DNA of 55,153 nucleotides from Patescibacteria group bacterium (GCA_018969615.1 JAGWYA010000006.1:1-55153); one strand, 5' to 3'; numbered from the stretch's first letter, positions 9,333-19,260 are shown. Translations and numbers: made by a program. The notes: a model not told the origin generated them from the sequence alone.

Positions 9333-11265
9333 GAAACCGCTCCACTCGTTCCCGGGAACTTCGCATTGGCTTCGATTTTTCTGTCTCCCAATCCGCCAGG
9401 GTCGATTCGTCCACACCCATGGCCTTGGCCAGGGCTTCCTGACTGAGCCCCAGTCCTTCCCGCCAGACACGGATTTTTTGGGATAATTTCCTTGTTCCTG
9501 CCGCCGGGAAAGGGCAATACTCCAGGAAGGCGTGGATGCGGGGGTAGAACCGGATGCCGGGGACGCGTTGGTTGAGCTCCCAGTTGTTGATGGAACCTTC
9601 GTCCACACCCAGGCGTATGCTTAGGGCGAGTTGGCTCAGGCCCAGGTCAAGCCGGCGCTTCCGGATGTGATCGCCCAGGGTCGTCAGGGCCTTCGGATAT
9701 AATGAATTCAATGGCTTTTTCGCCGTCAGACGGAGCTTGCCAAAAGGCAACGCGGCCATGACGTTGCGTTGCCTATCTGCTACGGATTCCGAAGACGGAG
9801 GGACGAGGTCTGAGGCGCTCGGCAGATAGCTCAGATTGATTGTAACGTCCCCCTTCCCTACCACTACCCGCTCCGTGATCTGCTCGATGATTGTCCGTTT
9901 CTCTTCCCTGGTCAGATTCGGCCAGTGAGTGTAGAGATCGCGAGCCTCGCTGATGACCTCGTCCGAAGATTGGAATTGAATGCGGACGAAATCGATCTCG
10001 GCCAAGAGCGCCGGAATTCGGTTTTGAAGCTGTTGATAGCGCTCTTCGAGCGGCCGATTTTCGCGTCCGAAGCCTTCCTTTGAGATTTCGTCGGCCATGT
10101 AGAGCTGTAGGAGCTTGTCCATCCGGGCTTTAAGCTTCTTCTGTTCATCCTCCATGGTGGCCAGGAGGTCCTGCTTTTCCTTGAGAGCCTGATCGGCCGA
10201 TTCCAGGTGCTTGGCGACCTCCTCCGGGGAGAAGAAGAACCGCTTGAGCTGTTCGTGGAAGATGGCTTCCAGGTCGTCCACCCCGATTTTGTTCCGGCAC
10301 TTGGAGCAGACGTACTTTGGGGTGCTGGACGGGACATACATCTTCTGATCCCCGCCGCAGAGGCCGCAGAACACGAAGCCTGAGAAAAGCTGGACCGTCT
10401 TCTTGGCCGGCCGTTTGCCGCTGGCCTTTCGTTCCTGGAGGATGACGTTCGCCTGGTTCCAAAGGTCCTCAGAGACGATGGCCTCGATCTCAGTGTGGAC
10501 CCATTCGCTCTCCGGCTTGAAGCTCCAGGACTTCCCGTCGCCCTTGGACTTGGTGTAGTTGGCGCGGCGGAGGCCCTTGGCCGATGGGTCGCTGATGAGG
10601 CGGTCCACAGTGGTATCCGAGAACTTGGCCCCGCTTCGGGTGCGGTGCCCGCGCTCATTGAGGATGCGGGCGACGGTTTTTTTGCGGCGGTGTTCCACGA
10701 AGAGTTCGTAGATGAGCTTGCGGACGGGGGCTTCTTTGGGGTCTACCACGAGCTGCTTGTTCTGCCAGGCGTACCCGAAGGGCGCGGCGCCGCCCAGGGA
10801 CTTGCCGAGCTTGGCGCGGATCGGAACCGAGGCCGCGACCCGGGAGGCGATCTCTTCCCGCTCCCATTGGGCCATCGCGGCGATCATGGTGTAAAAAAGA
10901 CGCCCGGCGGGCGTCGAGGTGTCGATCGCTTCTTGGAGGGAGATTAAGTCGGCGTCGTACTTGTTGAACTCATCGGCGAAGTCGAGAAGCTGGCGGGTGT
11001 TTCGAGCAAGGCGGGCAAGCTTTGAGAAGATGAGGCCGGTGATGTGGCCGGATTCGATGTCAGCCCGCATCCGCTTGGTTTCCGGATGCTCAGAGACATC
11101 CTTCCCGCTGACCCCGGCGAGGTTATAGACCTCGCGGACCTTCCAGCCTTTGGACTCGGCGTAGTAGCGGGCGCGCCTCTCGTGGTGCTCCGGGCTTTCG
11201 CCCTGAGCCTGATCCTCGGTGGAGACGCGAATCCAGATGCCGACGGCTTTGGAGGGCTTGTCCAT
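9322..11265 (-). CDS. Large serine recombinase with two C-terminal XRE-type HTH domains
   Basis: WIRVST catalytic Ser, [13 protein letters not shown], Zn ribbon CGLC/CSKC, coiled coil. Then [17 protein letters not shown] and [23 protein letters not shown]. Confidence 0.9.
   Translation of the reverse strand: MDKPSKAVGIWIRVSTEDQAQGESPEHHERRARYYAESKGWKVREVYNLAGVSGKDVSEHPETKRMRADIESGHITGLIFSKLARLARNTRQLLDFADEFNKYDADLISLQEAIDTSTPAGRLFYTMIAAMAQWEREEIASRVAASVPIRAKLGKSLGGAAPFGYAWQNKQLVVDPKEAPVRKLIYELFVEHRRKKTVARILNERGHRTRSGAKFSDTTVDRLISDPSAKGLRRANYTKSKGDGKSWSFKPESEWVHTEIEAIVSEDLWNQANVILQERKASGKRPAKKTVQLFSGFVFCGLCGGDQKMYVPSSTPKYVCSKCRNKIGVDDLEAIFHEQLKRFFFSPEEVAKHLESADQALKEKQDLLATMEDEQKKLKARMDKLLQLYMADEISKEGFGRENRPLEERYQQLQNRIPALLAEIDFVRIQFQSSDEVISEARDLYTHWPNLTREEKRTIIEQITERVVVGKGDVTINLSYLPSASDLVPPSSESVADRQRNVMAALPFGKLRLTAKKPLNSLYPKALTTLGDHIRKRRLDLGLSQLALSIRLGVDEGSINNWELNQRVPGIRFYPRIHAFLEYCPFPAAGTRKLSQKIRVWREGLGLSQEALAKAMGVDESTLADWETEKSKPMRSSRERVERFLKT
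9745..9774. other. Candidate attP-like recombination site inside the LSR gene
   Basis: Perfect 9-bp inverted repeat AGGCAACGC-N12-GCGTTGCCT at the junction between the recombinase body and the HTH part. Confidence 0.55.
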
Positions 11266-11275
11266 GAGCGATCTC

Positions 11276-11455
11276 CTAGCGTTTGCTGGAACGGCGAGGC
11301 GGCTTTTGTTTTTTGCTGGCGGGGAGGAATCCTTCCTCAGGCTTGACGTGCATGAGCCGCCAGAGGAAGAAGTCCAGCCCGCCCCAGTCTACGTAATTGG
11401 CATAGACCTGGACCGAGAATTCGGCAAGGAGGATATTCCGGGGGCTGCGCTTCAT
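11276..11455 (-). CDS. 59-aa basic protein immediately upstream of the LSR (absent from the ORF track)
   Basis: [59 protein letters not shown]; its stop overlaps the LSR SD (TAGGAG). Confidence 0.5.
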   Translation of the reverse strand: MKRSPRNILLAEFSVQVYANYVDWGGLDFFLWRLMHVKPEEGFLPASKKQKPPRRSSKR

Positions 11456-11573
11456 GCAGTCTTATACGGGATGGGTGGAGATTGGTTCCCTTTTCTGAAA
11501 AGCGCATGAGGCATTGCATTTATTACCAAACAGGGGTTATACTTGAAACGACGGTTGTTGCTTAACAATTATC

Positions 11574-12392
11574 ATGGGTGAACCTGAAAAAGAGCCTTCA
11601 CTAACTGGAGAACTCCCACCTTCGACGGCTGGCGAGCTAAAGGGATTGAATCGGCAACCCGAAAAGGCGCCGGATGCTTCGTTTGTTTCTAGAGATGCTC
11701 GTATCCTCGTTGTTGACGATAATGACGTGGTGGGAAAATTGATTTCAGCCATACTCACCGCGGATGGTTACGAAGTGGAGTGCCGCAAGCAGAAAGATGT
11801 GTCTCCTACGAGCTTTCCCTCAAAAGCGGATTTGATAGTGATAGATGCCCTCATGCCGCTTCCAGGTCAAGATGTTCCCTTGGGCGTGGGTGAGGTCCTA
11901 AAAAATCTGAAAGCCTCTGCAGTTACGCGTGGAACCCCTGTCGTTGTGGTTACCGGCAAAACGTTGACGGGGAAAAATTTTGGCGAAGGTGATTTTCTTG
12001 AAAAAGTGGTAGAGCTGGACGAGCTTTTAGCAGCAATACCCGAACGAATAGCTAAGGCGAAGATGCAGAAATCGGAAGGGATGTATTCGGAATCTCCTTC
12101 TGCTCCTGGAAACACATCGGGAGCGGAAGGAGGTAAGAAGATGTCTGAGAATCCGGAACTTAAGTCGCCCGAAGAAAAGAACAATGAAATTCCGGCCAAA
12201 CCCCTCATCCCAAAACGCTGGTATGGAATTTGGGCAGTCCTATTGTTGCCGCTACTGGTTCATTCGTTAACTCCGGTGAATCCGGGAACAGAAAATTTTC
12301 GGGCGATTCTCGGATATGTCTTCATTGGCATGATCCCGCTGGTTGCACTTTTTGCCGTGTACGACTGCCTCCGCATTTTGGCCAGTGACTAA
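11574..12392 (+). CDS. Response-regulator receiver domain with two C-terminal TM helices
   Basis: ILVVDDN, DLIVID(ALMP), VVVTG, FLEK; two hydrophobic helices at the C-terminus. Confidence 0.7.
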   Translation: MGEPEKEPSLTGELPPSTAGELKGLNRQPEKAPDASFVSRDARILVVDDNDVVGKLISAILTADGYEVECRKQKDVSPTSFPSKADLIVIDALMPLPGQDVPLGVGEVLKNLKASAVTRGTPVVVVTGKTLTGKNFGEGDFLEKVVELDELLAAIPERIAKAKMQKSEGMYSESPSAPGNTSGAEGGKKMSENPELKSPEEKNNEIPAKPLIPKRWYGIWAVLLLPLLVHSLTPVNPGTENFRAILGYVFIGMIPLVALFAVYDCLRILASD

Positions 12393-12750
12393 TTTGAAAC
12401 TGACTCGGAAGCAGCTTCGTGTCCTCATTATCCTTTCCATCGGCCAAGTCGTGTTTGCGGGCGGCGCGCTTCATTTTTTCAATCACTGGGCATTTCCCAG
12501 TAAACCAATCCCCGTACCTTGTTGTACGGGGACTTTTTATTCACCCAGCAATGTGGACGCGTGGTGGTTCGTAATCCAAACGATTACAACCACGGGGTAT
12601 GGATCTCTCCCTGTGTGGACCAATAGACTGAAAATACTTTCTTCGATTCTAATGATAGGGAGCATATTGATGTGGACGGTGTTTCTTGGGTTGGTAATCA
12701 ACATTATTCACGATTACCTCAAAGGGGACGGCCGAACCAAATCGCGGTAG
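12385..12750 (+). CDS. 2TM potassium-channel family protein
   Basis: Pore helix and filter AWWFVIQTITTTGYG between two TM helices. Start uncertain (GTG 12385 or TTG 12394). Confidence 0.75.
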   Translation: MTNLKLTRKQLRVLIILSIGQVVFAGGALHFFNHWAFPSKPIPVPCCTGTFYSPSNVDAWWFVIQTITTTGYGSLPVWTNRLKILSSILMIGSILMWTVFLGLVINIIHDYLKGDGRTKSR

Positions 12751-12772
12751 CCAGTCTGAGTTGGTGGGTGTT

Positions 12773-13285
12773 TCATTCGCTAGAGGCTCCTGTTACGGCC
12801 AGCGCTGCCGCATCAAAGATGTTCATCCGGTAGTCCTCGGTCATCCAGATTTCTCTGTGGCGCGGTAGACGCGGGATTAGCTCCGGAAAGATCGTTGTCA
12901 GCGCGTGAGCAATCTCTTCTTTCGTGATGGCGCCCGCTCCCTCGAACGTGGCCTGAACCTCCTCGCGTGAATAGCGGAGGACTTTTATCTTCCGTTTCCG
13001 TGCAGCGGTAGCAATCTTCTCCATGATGTTCTGTGTGGTGCGCGTCCTGCGCCAATCGTCCTTGTAGTCCTCGAGGACGAGTACATCCGGGCCGTAGCGG
13101 TCGAGGAGATCCGTGGCGAGCCCCAGGGCGTCATAGTTGAGAGACTTTGTGCCCCTGAAGTTCTTCACGCCCCAATCAACGAGGCGCTTGGGCTCCTTTT
13201 CGAGGATCGCGTAGGCCAGGCCCTCTGTTGTGGGGTCGAGAGCGAGGATGCGGGTATAGGTGGTGGGGATATACGTATTCGTCAT
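12773..13285 (-). CDS. RuvC/RNase H-fold nuclease-like protein
   Basis: RILALDP...LAYAIL, PDVLVLE, IFDAAALA acidic triad. Confidence 0.65.
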   Translation of the reverse strand: MTNTYIPTTYTRILALDPTTEGLAYAILEKEPKRLVDWGVKNFRGTKSLNYDALGLATDLLDRYGPDVLVLEDYKDDWRRTRTTQNIMEKIATAARKRKIKVLRYSREEVQATFEGAGAITKEEIAHALTTIFPELIPRLPRHREIWMTEDYRMNIFDAAALAVTGASSE

Positions 13286-13638
13286 CGTGTGATATCGCGC
13301 GGCGGCTGACCGTGAGCGAGTTCCTGCAGGAACTGCATCTTCCGAGCGAGAGCCGGGCTGGCCGGCTGTGCTCCGAGTTTGGCGAGCAGGCGCTGCGCGC
13401 GTTTGTGAATGGTAATGGCGACCTCATCGTAGTGACCGGCGAAGAGGTCTTCGAGGGAAGCGTTGAAAATGAAGCTGTACGCGAGGATCGCGTCGAAGGT
13501 CGGAATCCGCCGGCCGTTTTCGTAGCGGCTGACCTTAGAGTCCCGGGTTGCACCGAGAAGGAACGCGAGCTCTTCTTGGGTGAGCGCGCTCCGCTTGCGG
13601 TACATCCGGAGATAGTTGGAAAGTCTGTGTGTCGGCAT
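13282..13638 (-). CDS. XRE-family HTH regulator
   Basis: NYLRMYRKRSALTQEELAFLLG...VSRYENGRRIP; 4-bp overlap with the downstream gene. Confidence 0.85.
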   Translation of the reverse strand: MPTHRLSNYLRMYRKRSALTQEELAFLLGATRDSKVSRYENGRRIPTFDAILAYSFIFNASLEDLFAGHYDEVAITIHKRAQRLLAKLGAQPASPALARKMQFLQELAHGQPPRDITR

Positions 13639-13896
13639 TTGTGAGAAACGCACGAGGCCGTTTCTCCTCGAACAGTACACGTTCTGCGGAATTTGCATCG
13701 GAGGGGGAAGTTGCCGTCTCCGGCAGGTTCCTGTTCATTTTTGGGTGTTCCCGGGGCGGCGTATCCACACGAAAAGGCATGTGCGTCAGATGAGTTGTTA
13801 ATGTGCGCAGTGTCGTCGAGGGTCGGGCATTTGACGGATTTCAAGTTCCGTGTTACCGTGAGATCAGTTCAAAAACATGCGAAATCAGGAGGGAGC

Positions 13897-14202
13897 ATGA
13901 TCGCTCACGGCATTGTCAGTTACGATGACGGGGTCCCGGATATCTGTTGCCGCACTCTGGCAAGCAGGGAGGACGGCTTGCATTTTTTCGTGGAGTGGCT
14001 GGCAGGGCTTCGGAAGCCTACGGATTTCGAGGAGATATCCGCTTCTCGGATCATAGTCGGAGACGACGATGTTTCGGCAAAGATCTTCTTCCGGGGTCCG
14101 AAGGAGGATATGGCTCCGCTCGTCGCAGTCGCCCGGTGGTATCTTGCGCATGCGCGCAGCGGTTCTCCGGCGGTTCCCGCACGGGAGAAGATCGCTTCCT
14201 GA
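13897..14202 (+). CDS. Hypothetical protein
   Basis: Strong SD AGGAGGGAG before ATG 13897; terminator follows. Confidence 0.55.
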   Translation: MIAHGIVSYDDGVPDICCRTLASREDGLHFFVEWLAGLRKPTDFEEISASRIIVGDDDVSAKIFFRGPKEDMAPLVAVARWYLAHARSGSPAVPAREKIAS

Positions 14203-14215
14203 TTCCGGCATCAAC

Positions 14216-14243
14216 AAGGAGCCCTTTCGAGGGCTCCTTTTTT
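14216..14243 (+). terminator. Intrinsic terminator
   Basis: AAGGAGCCCT-TTCG-AGGGCTCCTT followed by a T run. Confidence 0.8.
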
Positions 14244-14369
14244 ATTGCCCGAAATACGACGCAATGTGCTCATTCCATTATCGGCCATCAGGCCGAGGGC
14301 CTGGTGTGGATAAAAAGCGAGGGAAGCCGTATGTGAATTTTCCACTCGCCTGTTTTGTTGAGGTGCTGG

Positions 14370-14936
14370 TCAGTTTCCTCCTCTCAGCTCGCGTAGGTGA
14401 AACGCGATCCGAAGCTTCTCTCGTGCTCGGGATACCCGCGAGCGGATAGTCCCGGTCGGTACGCCGAGTCGTCGCGCGGCATCGCCATAGTGCAGCCCGG
14501 CGATGTCGCAGAGCGCGATGACCTTGCGGTGCGGCGGGTTCAGCGTCAGGTACGCCTCGCGGGCGAGCCCCAGCATTTCCTCGTGGACGAGCGTCTCGAG
14601 GATCGGCTTGTCGGTGCCGGCGAGCAGTCCCAGGTACGGCGTGCTGCCTTCCTCGGTTTCGACGTTCCCATCGAGCGAGCGATTGTGGCGCTCGGGCCCT
14701 CTGCGGCGGTCGATGAACTCATGTTTGAGGATGGCGAGGAACCACGACTTGAAGCTTCGCGCGGGATCGTACTGATCCCAGTGTTGGAGGGCCTGGTAGC
14801 AGGCTTCCTGCACGAGCTCGCGGGCTTCGTCCCGGTTATGGCACAGCTGGAACGCTACACAGTACGCGCGCTGTCCGGACTCCTTGAGGAACTTTGCCAG
14901 GCATTGCGCGGGGGTCTCTCCATTCGCGTTTCTCAT
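14370..14936 (-). CDS. ECF-type RNA polymerase sigma factor
   Basis: ARELVQEA, SFKSWFLAI (region 2); YGDAARRLGVPTGTIRSRVSRAR (region 4); GGAGG SD. Confidence 0.9.
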   Translation of the reverse strand: MRNANGETPAQCLAKFLKESGQRAYCVAFQLCHNRDEARELVQEACYQALQHWDQYDPARSFKSWFLAILKHEFIDRRRGPERHNRSLDGNVETEEGSTPYLGLLAGTDKPILETLVHEEMLGLAREAYLTLNPPHRKVIALCDIAGLHYGDAARRLGVPTGTIRSRVSRAREKLRIAFHLRELRGGN

Positions 14937-14990
14937 GTACGGCCTCCCTTCGGTTGGATGTCCCCGAAGTCCCGTTGTCTACCCGCCCGT

Positions 14991-16451
14991 TCAAATAGGC
15001 GGGAGACTTTGCGGGGACTTGGGGACATGGGGAGGACCGGTGGACGTTCCGGTGGATATTGAGGCATCAGGCGTTTGTTCGGAAAATAAGGGCGCCGGGG
15101 GGACTTCAGGACTTTGTTCAGGGGATGCCGGCGGGGGGACGTCGTAGCGGAGGGAGAGGCGGTCGAGCTTGGCGTATTCCGATTGGGGGAGGACGAAGAT
15201 GCCGTGCCGCTTCATAGGGACCAGGTGGAGTTTCGTTCGGAGGAGGTAGCCGACCCATTTGGGGGTGATCTTGCGGTCGTACTCTTCGCCGAACTTGGCA
15301 GCGAAGGTGTCCGTGATGTCCTTGAGGGCGACGGAAGATGATGCATCGGTCCAGAGTTCTCGGACGACTTCGAGAATCTGCGCTTCGGCTTCGAGGCCCC
15401 GTGCCCCTACCATCAGATCGTGATATTCACGGGCCAGGCCCTGAAGCTCTTGCCGGATTGCCGGGTCGTCTACGGTGCTGAGGAGCGGAACGAAGATTTG
15501 GCTGAGCCGTGGCTCGATGGCCCGGTCTACGAGAGACGGATCAACGGTGCAATGGGCAAGATTGCGGAACCGGAAGAGCAGGAGCTTGTTGCGGAGGCTC
15601 AGAGCTTCGCGTTGCTGTGCCTGCGGGAGGTTGATCGGGATGTCCCGGCGCAGTTCCCGCTCGCCCATCGGTTCGGTGAGGAAGCGGCTTTCGAGCGCCC
15701 GGTCTTCGAAGAGGCCGCGCGTAGCGACGATCTTGGGGCCGAAGACGGCGTATGCTCGGGGGTTGAACTCCTTGGTCTGCGGGGAGGCCTCGCTCCGGAG
15801 GACCGGGAAGCCCCGGACGTTCCCGTTGTTGAGGATTTTCACCATCTCGGAGCGTTCGTCGCTTTGGCGGAAGTCGGACTCGTCGATAATGAGAGTGCCA
15901 CGGAAGGCGTCGAGGATGCGGAACAGCGGGGAGATCGTCGAGGCTCCGGAGGCGAAGATGGGTTTGTAGCAGAGGGAGCCGACGGTCAGGAGGAAGCGCG
16001 TCTTGCCGCTGCCCGGCTCGCCTTGAATGCGGAGATATGGGAGTTCGTTGAAGGCGTCGTAGACCCAGGAGAACAAGACATACGAACTGGCGATGCGTTC
16101 ATAGAGCGGGCTTACATCGACGTAGCGGTGAATGAAGGACCGGATTTCGTCGAGAAGCTGGGTTGTGCTGCCGTATTCCTCGGGCATGGAGGGTAGGAGG
16201 ACGACGTTGTTGATGAGGAGGTTATTGCGCGGCGAGTACGGGACCAGGCGCTCGGCCGAGGAGAGCAGGATGTCGCTCGCGAGCGTCCAGGTGGCCCCGT
16301 CGTATACGGCGAAGCGGGTCCGGACGAGCTCCGGGTCATACACCAGCTCCACAATGCGGCCATCGGGAAGATGAGCGGAGCCGGCGGGGATGCGGCGGAC
16401 CGACTGTTCTTGGGGCGCGGCGTGCGCGTGCGGGGTATCCATGCGCCCCAC
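14991..16451 (-). CDS. P-loop NTPase, primase-associated helicase-like replication protein of mobile elements
   Basis: Walker A GEPGSGKT, Walker B TLIIDESD, ALESRFL; Pro-rich tail. Confidence 0.65.
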   Translation of the reverse strand: MGRMDTPHAHAAPQEQSVRRIPAGSAHLPDGRIVELVYDPELVRTRFAVYDGATWTLASDILLSSAERLVPYSPRNNLLINNVVLLPSMPEEYGSTTQLLDEIRSFIHRYVDVSPLYERIASSYVLFSWVYDAFNELPYLRIQGEPGSGKTRFLLTVGSLCYKPIFASGASTISPLFRILDAFRGTLIIDESDFRQSDERSEMVKILNNGNVRGFPVLRSEASPQTKEFNPRAYAVFGPKIVATRGLFEDRALESRFLTEPMGERELRRDIPINLPQAQQREALSLRNKLLLFRFRNLAHCTVDPSLVDRAIEPRLSQIFVPLLSTVDDPAIRQELQGLAREYHDLMVGARGLEAEAQILEVVRELWTDASSSVALKDITDTFAAKFGEEYDRKITPKWVGYLLRTKLHLVPMKRHGIFVLPQSEYAKLDRLSLRYDVPPPASPEQSPEVPPAPLFSEQTPDASISTGTSTGPPHVPKSPQSLPPI

Positions 16452-16561
16452 GGTACGCCGATCTTATTCTCTTTCCTAGACAGAGAATCCTGCCAAGATC
16501 GAATGATTCCTCTTCGGCAAAATTCTGGACCTTTGCGGGATGCTCGGGGGGTGTATCGTCT

Positions 16562-16816
16562 TTGAGTATGAAAAAAGAACATCAAGAGGCGCTACGGCGC
16601 CTCTACCCCCAGCTCCCGCCTGAGCAGATCGTGGCACTCGACACGTTGCTTGATCGCTATGCGGCCTTCCTGTGGCAGATGCATGCCCGGGTAACGGCGA
16701 GCGATGAGGCGTGGAACGAGTTCCTGGCTTTGACAGAAGGTGCGGCGCGCTCTATCGTGGAGGAAGAACCTTCACACCAAAGGTCGAAAATTTATCGTCG
16801 AGATCAAAATGTATGA
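16562..16816 (+). CDS. Small helical protein coupled to the LSR
   Basis: LRRLYPQLPPEQIVALDTLLDRY; ATGA overlap with the LSR start at 16813. Confidence 0.6.
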   Translation: MSMKKEHQEALRRLYPQLPPEQIVALDTLLDRYAAFLWQMHARVTASDEAWNEFLALTEGAARSIVEEEPSHQRSKIYRRDQNV

Positions 16817-18315
16817 ACGGAACAGAGTTCTACGCATACATCCGTGTCTCGACGGCTAAACAAGGCGAAAAGGGCGTTTCACTCATCGAGCAAAAAGCTG
16901 CGATCGAGCGGTACGCGGAACGCAATAACTACACGATCGTCGAGTGGTTCGAAGAACGCGAGACGGCCGCATCACGCGGTCGCCCCGTCTTCAATCGAAT
17001 GCTCCAGCTCCTCCGGAAACGGAAGGTGCGGGGTGTTCTCATTCACAAGATCGACCGGAGTGCGCGCAATCTCAAAGACTGGGCAGATCTCGGAGAACTG
17101 ATTGACCAGGGCATCGAGGTTCACTTCGCAAACGAAGGGCTCGATCTTCACTCCCGGGGCGGGCGGCTCTCAGCTGACATCCAGGCGGTGGTCGCCGCAG
17201 ATTTCATTCGAAACCTCCAAGAAGAGACCCGTAAGGGCATGTGGGGGCGGTTCAAGCAGGGCCTCTATCCGTTGCGTGCACCATTGGGCTATCGCGATTG
17301 TGGACCAGGGAAGCCAAAAGAAATCGACCCCGCAAAGGGGCCGCTCGTTCGGCGGGCATTCGAGCTGTATGCCACTGGTAAATACTCACTGATTCGCTTG
17401 CGCGCGGAGATGGCGCGTCGTGGGTTAACGAACCTTGCCGAAAGGAACCTGAGCATAAACAGCCTTGCCGCTGTGCTGCACAACCCGTTCTATGCGGGAC
17501 TCATCGCAATTAAAAAAAGTGGTGAAACCTTCCAAGGTGTTCATGAAGCTCTCATCCCTATGCATCTCTACAAGGAGGTGCAGAACGTTCTCAGAGGTAA
17601 GGTGCCGGTTCGCCAAGTGAAACATGATTTCTTGTTCCGGAAGAGCATCCGATGCGGAGAATGTGGACGCGCGTTGATTGGCGAACGAGTGAAGGGCCGG
17701 GTGTACTACCGTTGCCATCTGTCGGTATGTTCAACAAAAACGATCCGAGAGGATCGGGCGCTCGCAGAGGTCATCAGAGAGCTTCACAAACTTGAGTTTC
17801 CTGCTGGGGTTCAAGACATCCTCATCAAGGAGCTTGAAGAGATGCGGAAGAATGAATCGCGTAACCGACTTGAAGACAGGCAGTCGCGATCATTGCGTCT
17901 CGATCAGATGCGCGAACGCCTAAACCGGCTGACCGATGCCTATCTTGATCGCTTACTGGAAAAGGACGCCTACGAGGATCGACGCCGGCTTATTCTTATC
18001 GAAATCCGTGAGCTTGAGGAATTGGCAAAGAAGGAGCCGATGGGAGCCGAAAGAATGCCTGATCGGATCGTGGATCTCGTGATGCGCGCTCAAAATGCCG
18101 GTTCGACGTTCATCGCGGCAAAGGGTAACGAACAAAAAGTGCTGTTGCGAATTTTTACCTCGAACTTGAAGCTCAATTTCCGGAAGCTAGACGTAGAGCT
18201 GGCTCAGCCGTTTTTTGCAATTGAAAGTTTTAATACATCTCTGAAAGGGGTGCCTAATGGGAATCGAACCCATGCTATCGCTGCCACAGAGCGAAGTTCT
18301 ACCATTAAACTATAG
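16813..18315 (+). CDS. Large serine recombinase (integrase)
   Basis: YAYIRVST, HKIDRSAR, APLGY, LHNPFYAG, Zn ribbon CGECG/YYRC, coiled coil. The last ~22 codons are antisense tRNA-His. Confidence 0.92.
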   Translation: MNGTEFYAYIRVSTAKQGEKGVSLIEQKAAIERYAERNNYTIVEWFEERETAASRGRPVFNRMLQLLRKRKVRGVLIHKIDRSARNLKDWADLGELIDQGIEVHFANEGLDLHSRGGRLSADIQAVVAADFIRNLQEETRKGMWGRFKQGLYPLRAPLGYRDCGPGKPKEIDPAKGPLVRRAFELYATGKYSLIRLRAEMARRGLTNLAERNLSINSLAAVLHNPFYAGLIAIKKSGETFQGVHEALIPMHLYKEVQNVLRGKVPVRQVKHDFLFRKSIRCGECGRALIGERVKGRVYYRCHLSVCSTKTIREDRALAEVIRELHKLEFPAGVQDILIKELEEMRKNESRNRLEDRQSRSLRLDQMRERLNRLTDAYLDRLLEKDAYEDRRRLILIEIRELEELAKKEPMGAERMPDRIVDLVMRAQNAGSTFIAAKGNEQKVLLRIFTSNLKLNFRKLDVELAQPFFAIESFNTSLKGVPNGNRTHAIAATERSSTIKL

Positions 18316-18320
18316 GCACC
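18249..18320 (-). tRNA. tRNA-His(GTG)
   Basis: G-1 plus GTGCCTA/TAGGCAC acceptor stem; TCGCT-CTGTGGC-AGCGA anticodon arm; GGTTCGATTCC T-arm. Confidence 0.95.
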
Positions 18321-18439
18321 ATAAATACCTTGAGAGCGTATCGCAAAGCGATGAAAAACGCAATCTTAGGATGTCTTCATTGTACTGAAAAATACCTGAT
18401 CGCTCAATGATAAAAAATAACCCTCGAAAGGGTTATTGA

Positions 18440-19126
18440 TCAATAAAGCGGAAAGATCTTGGGAGTCATAGCGAACTGCACTCCCATCGATTCAAGCCTC
18501 CGCTTCGCTTCCTGGGACTCGCTCGGATGCCACGGCCGGACCAGATCCTCCAGAATGACGATATCTCTTATCACGCCTTTCGTGAGAAGATACGCGATCT
18601 CATCCATGATGCAATATTCGAGATGGAGTCCGGCAAAGAAGATCCGGCGAACGCCCATTTCCTCCATCAGCATATCCAATTGATACTTCTGGAAAATACT
18701 GAATTGCGCCCCCAGCAACGGGCAGCTCTCGCGGTCGTACCACGACCAAAAGATCTGGGAAAGAAGCTGCTGCCGATAGACCTCTGCAAGCGGCAGCTCG
18801 GGAAGGTATCCGTCGGAGAACAGCTCATAGTGCCCTGCGGGCACCTCATAAAAGAACCCGTCCGGCAACCTCACCGGGTTCGTAGCGATCGCATGCTTCA
18901 AAACCGCCGTCGATGTCTGATCGGGAAATAATGTCAGATGATGCTTATGGGCGAAGAAGAATACGTTCTCCAATTTAAAATACCGCCGCGCCAAGCCAGC
19001 GAGATACGGAGAAAATTTTTCCGTACCGAGCGTCGGTTGTCGCCCGCGGCTCAAAAAATCATTCTGCATATCGTTGATCACCAGCGCATCCCGTTCGCGA
19101 TCGAACTCTTCGACCCGTTGATGCAT
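18440..19126 (-). CDS. Isochorismatase/nicotinamidase-like cysteine hydrolase
   Basis: ALVINDMQNDF and IFFAGLHLEYCI motifs. Confidence 0.7.
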   Translation of the reverse strand: MHQRVEEFDRERDALVINDMQNDFLSRGRQPTLGTEKFSPYLAGLARRYFKLENVFFFAHKHHLTLFPDQTSTAVLKHAIATNPVRLPDGFFYEVPAGHYELFSDGYLPELPLAEVYRQQLLSQIFWSWYDRESCPLLGAQFSIFQKYQLDMLMEEMGVRRIFFAGLHLEYCIMDEIAYLLTKGVIRDIVILEDLVRPWHPSESQEAKRRLESMGVQFAMTPKIFPLY

Positions 19127-19260
19127 ACGGCCTCCGCTTTCAAAGAACTTAACTTAAGCGTACCCTTTCGCCCGAAAAAGAAAAAGCCCCGCAGGATGCG
19201 GGGCTTGCCTCAAGGACAGGAGTCCGAGGACTTGGTGGGAGGTAAGGACGCCGGCTTCGG

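Larger units (their letters stand above)
1..18250. mobile_element. Integrative element / genomic island inserted at the 3' end of tRNA-His; left boundary lies outside the window
   Basis: LSR 16813..18315 runs into the antisense tRNA-His. Left of it are a second LSR, P-loop protein, XRE, RuvC-like, ECF sigma, HNH and RiPP cargo, and no housekeeping genes. Host-type genes resume to the right of the tRNA. Confidence 0.8.

Noticed and set aside
16711..16812. N-terminal extension of the LSR and similar extensions in the track (thrC, rbfA, 24515..25243)
   Set aside because: They overlap neighbouring genes; downstream ATGs fit the domain starts and coupling better.
9322..18315. Complete prophage or ICE
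   Set aside because: No structural, packaging, relaxase or T4SS genes in the window.
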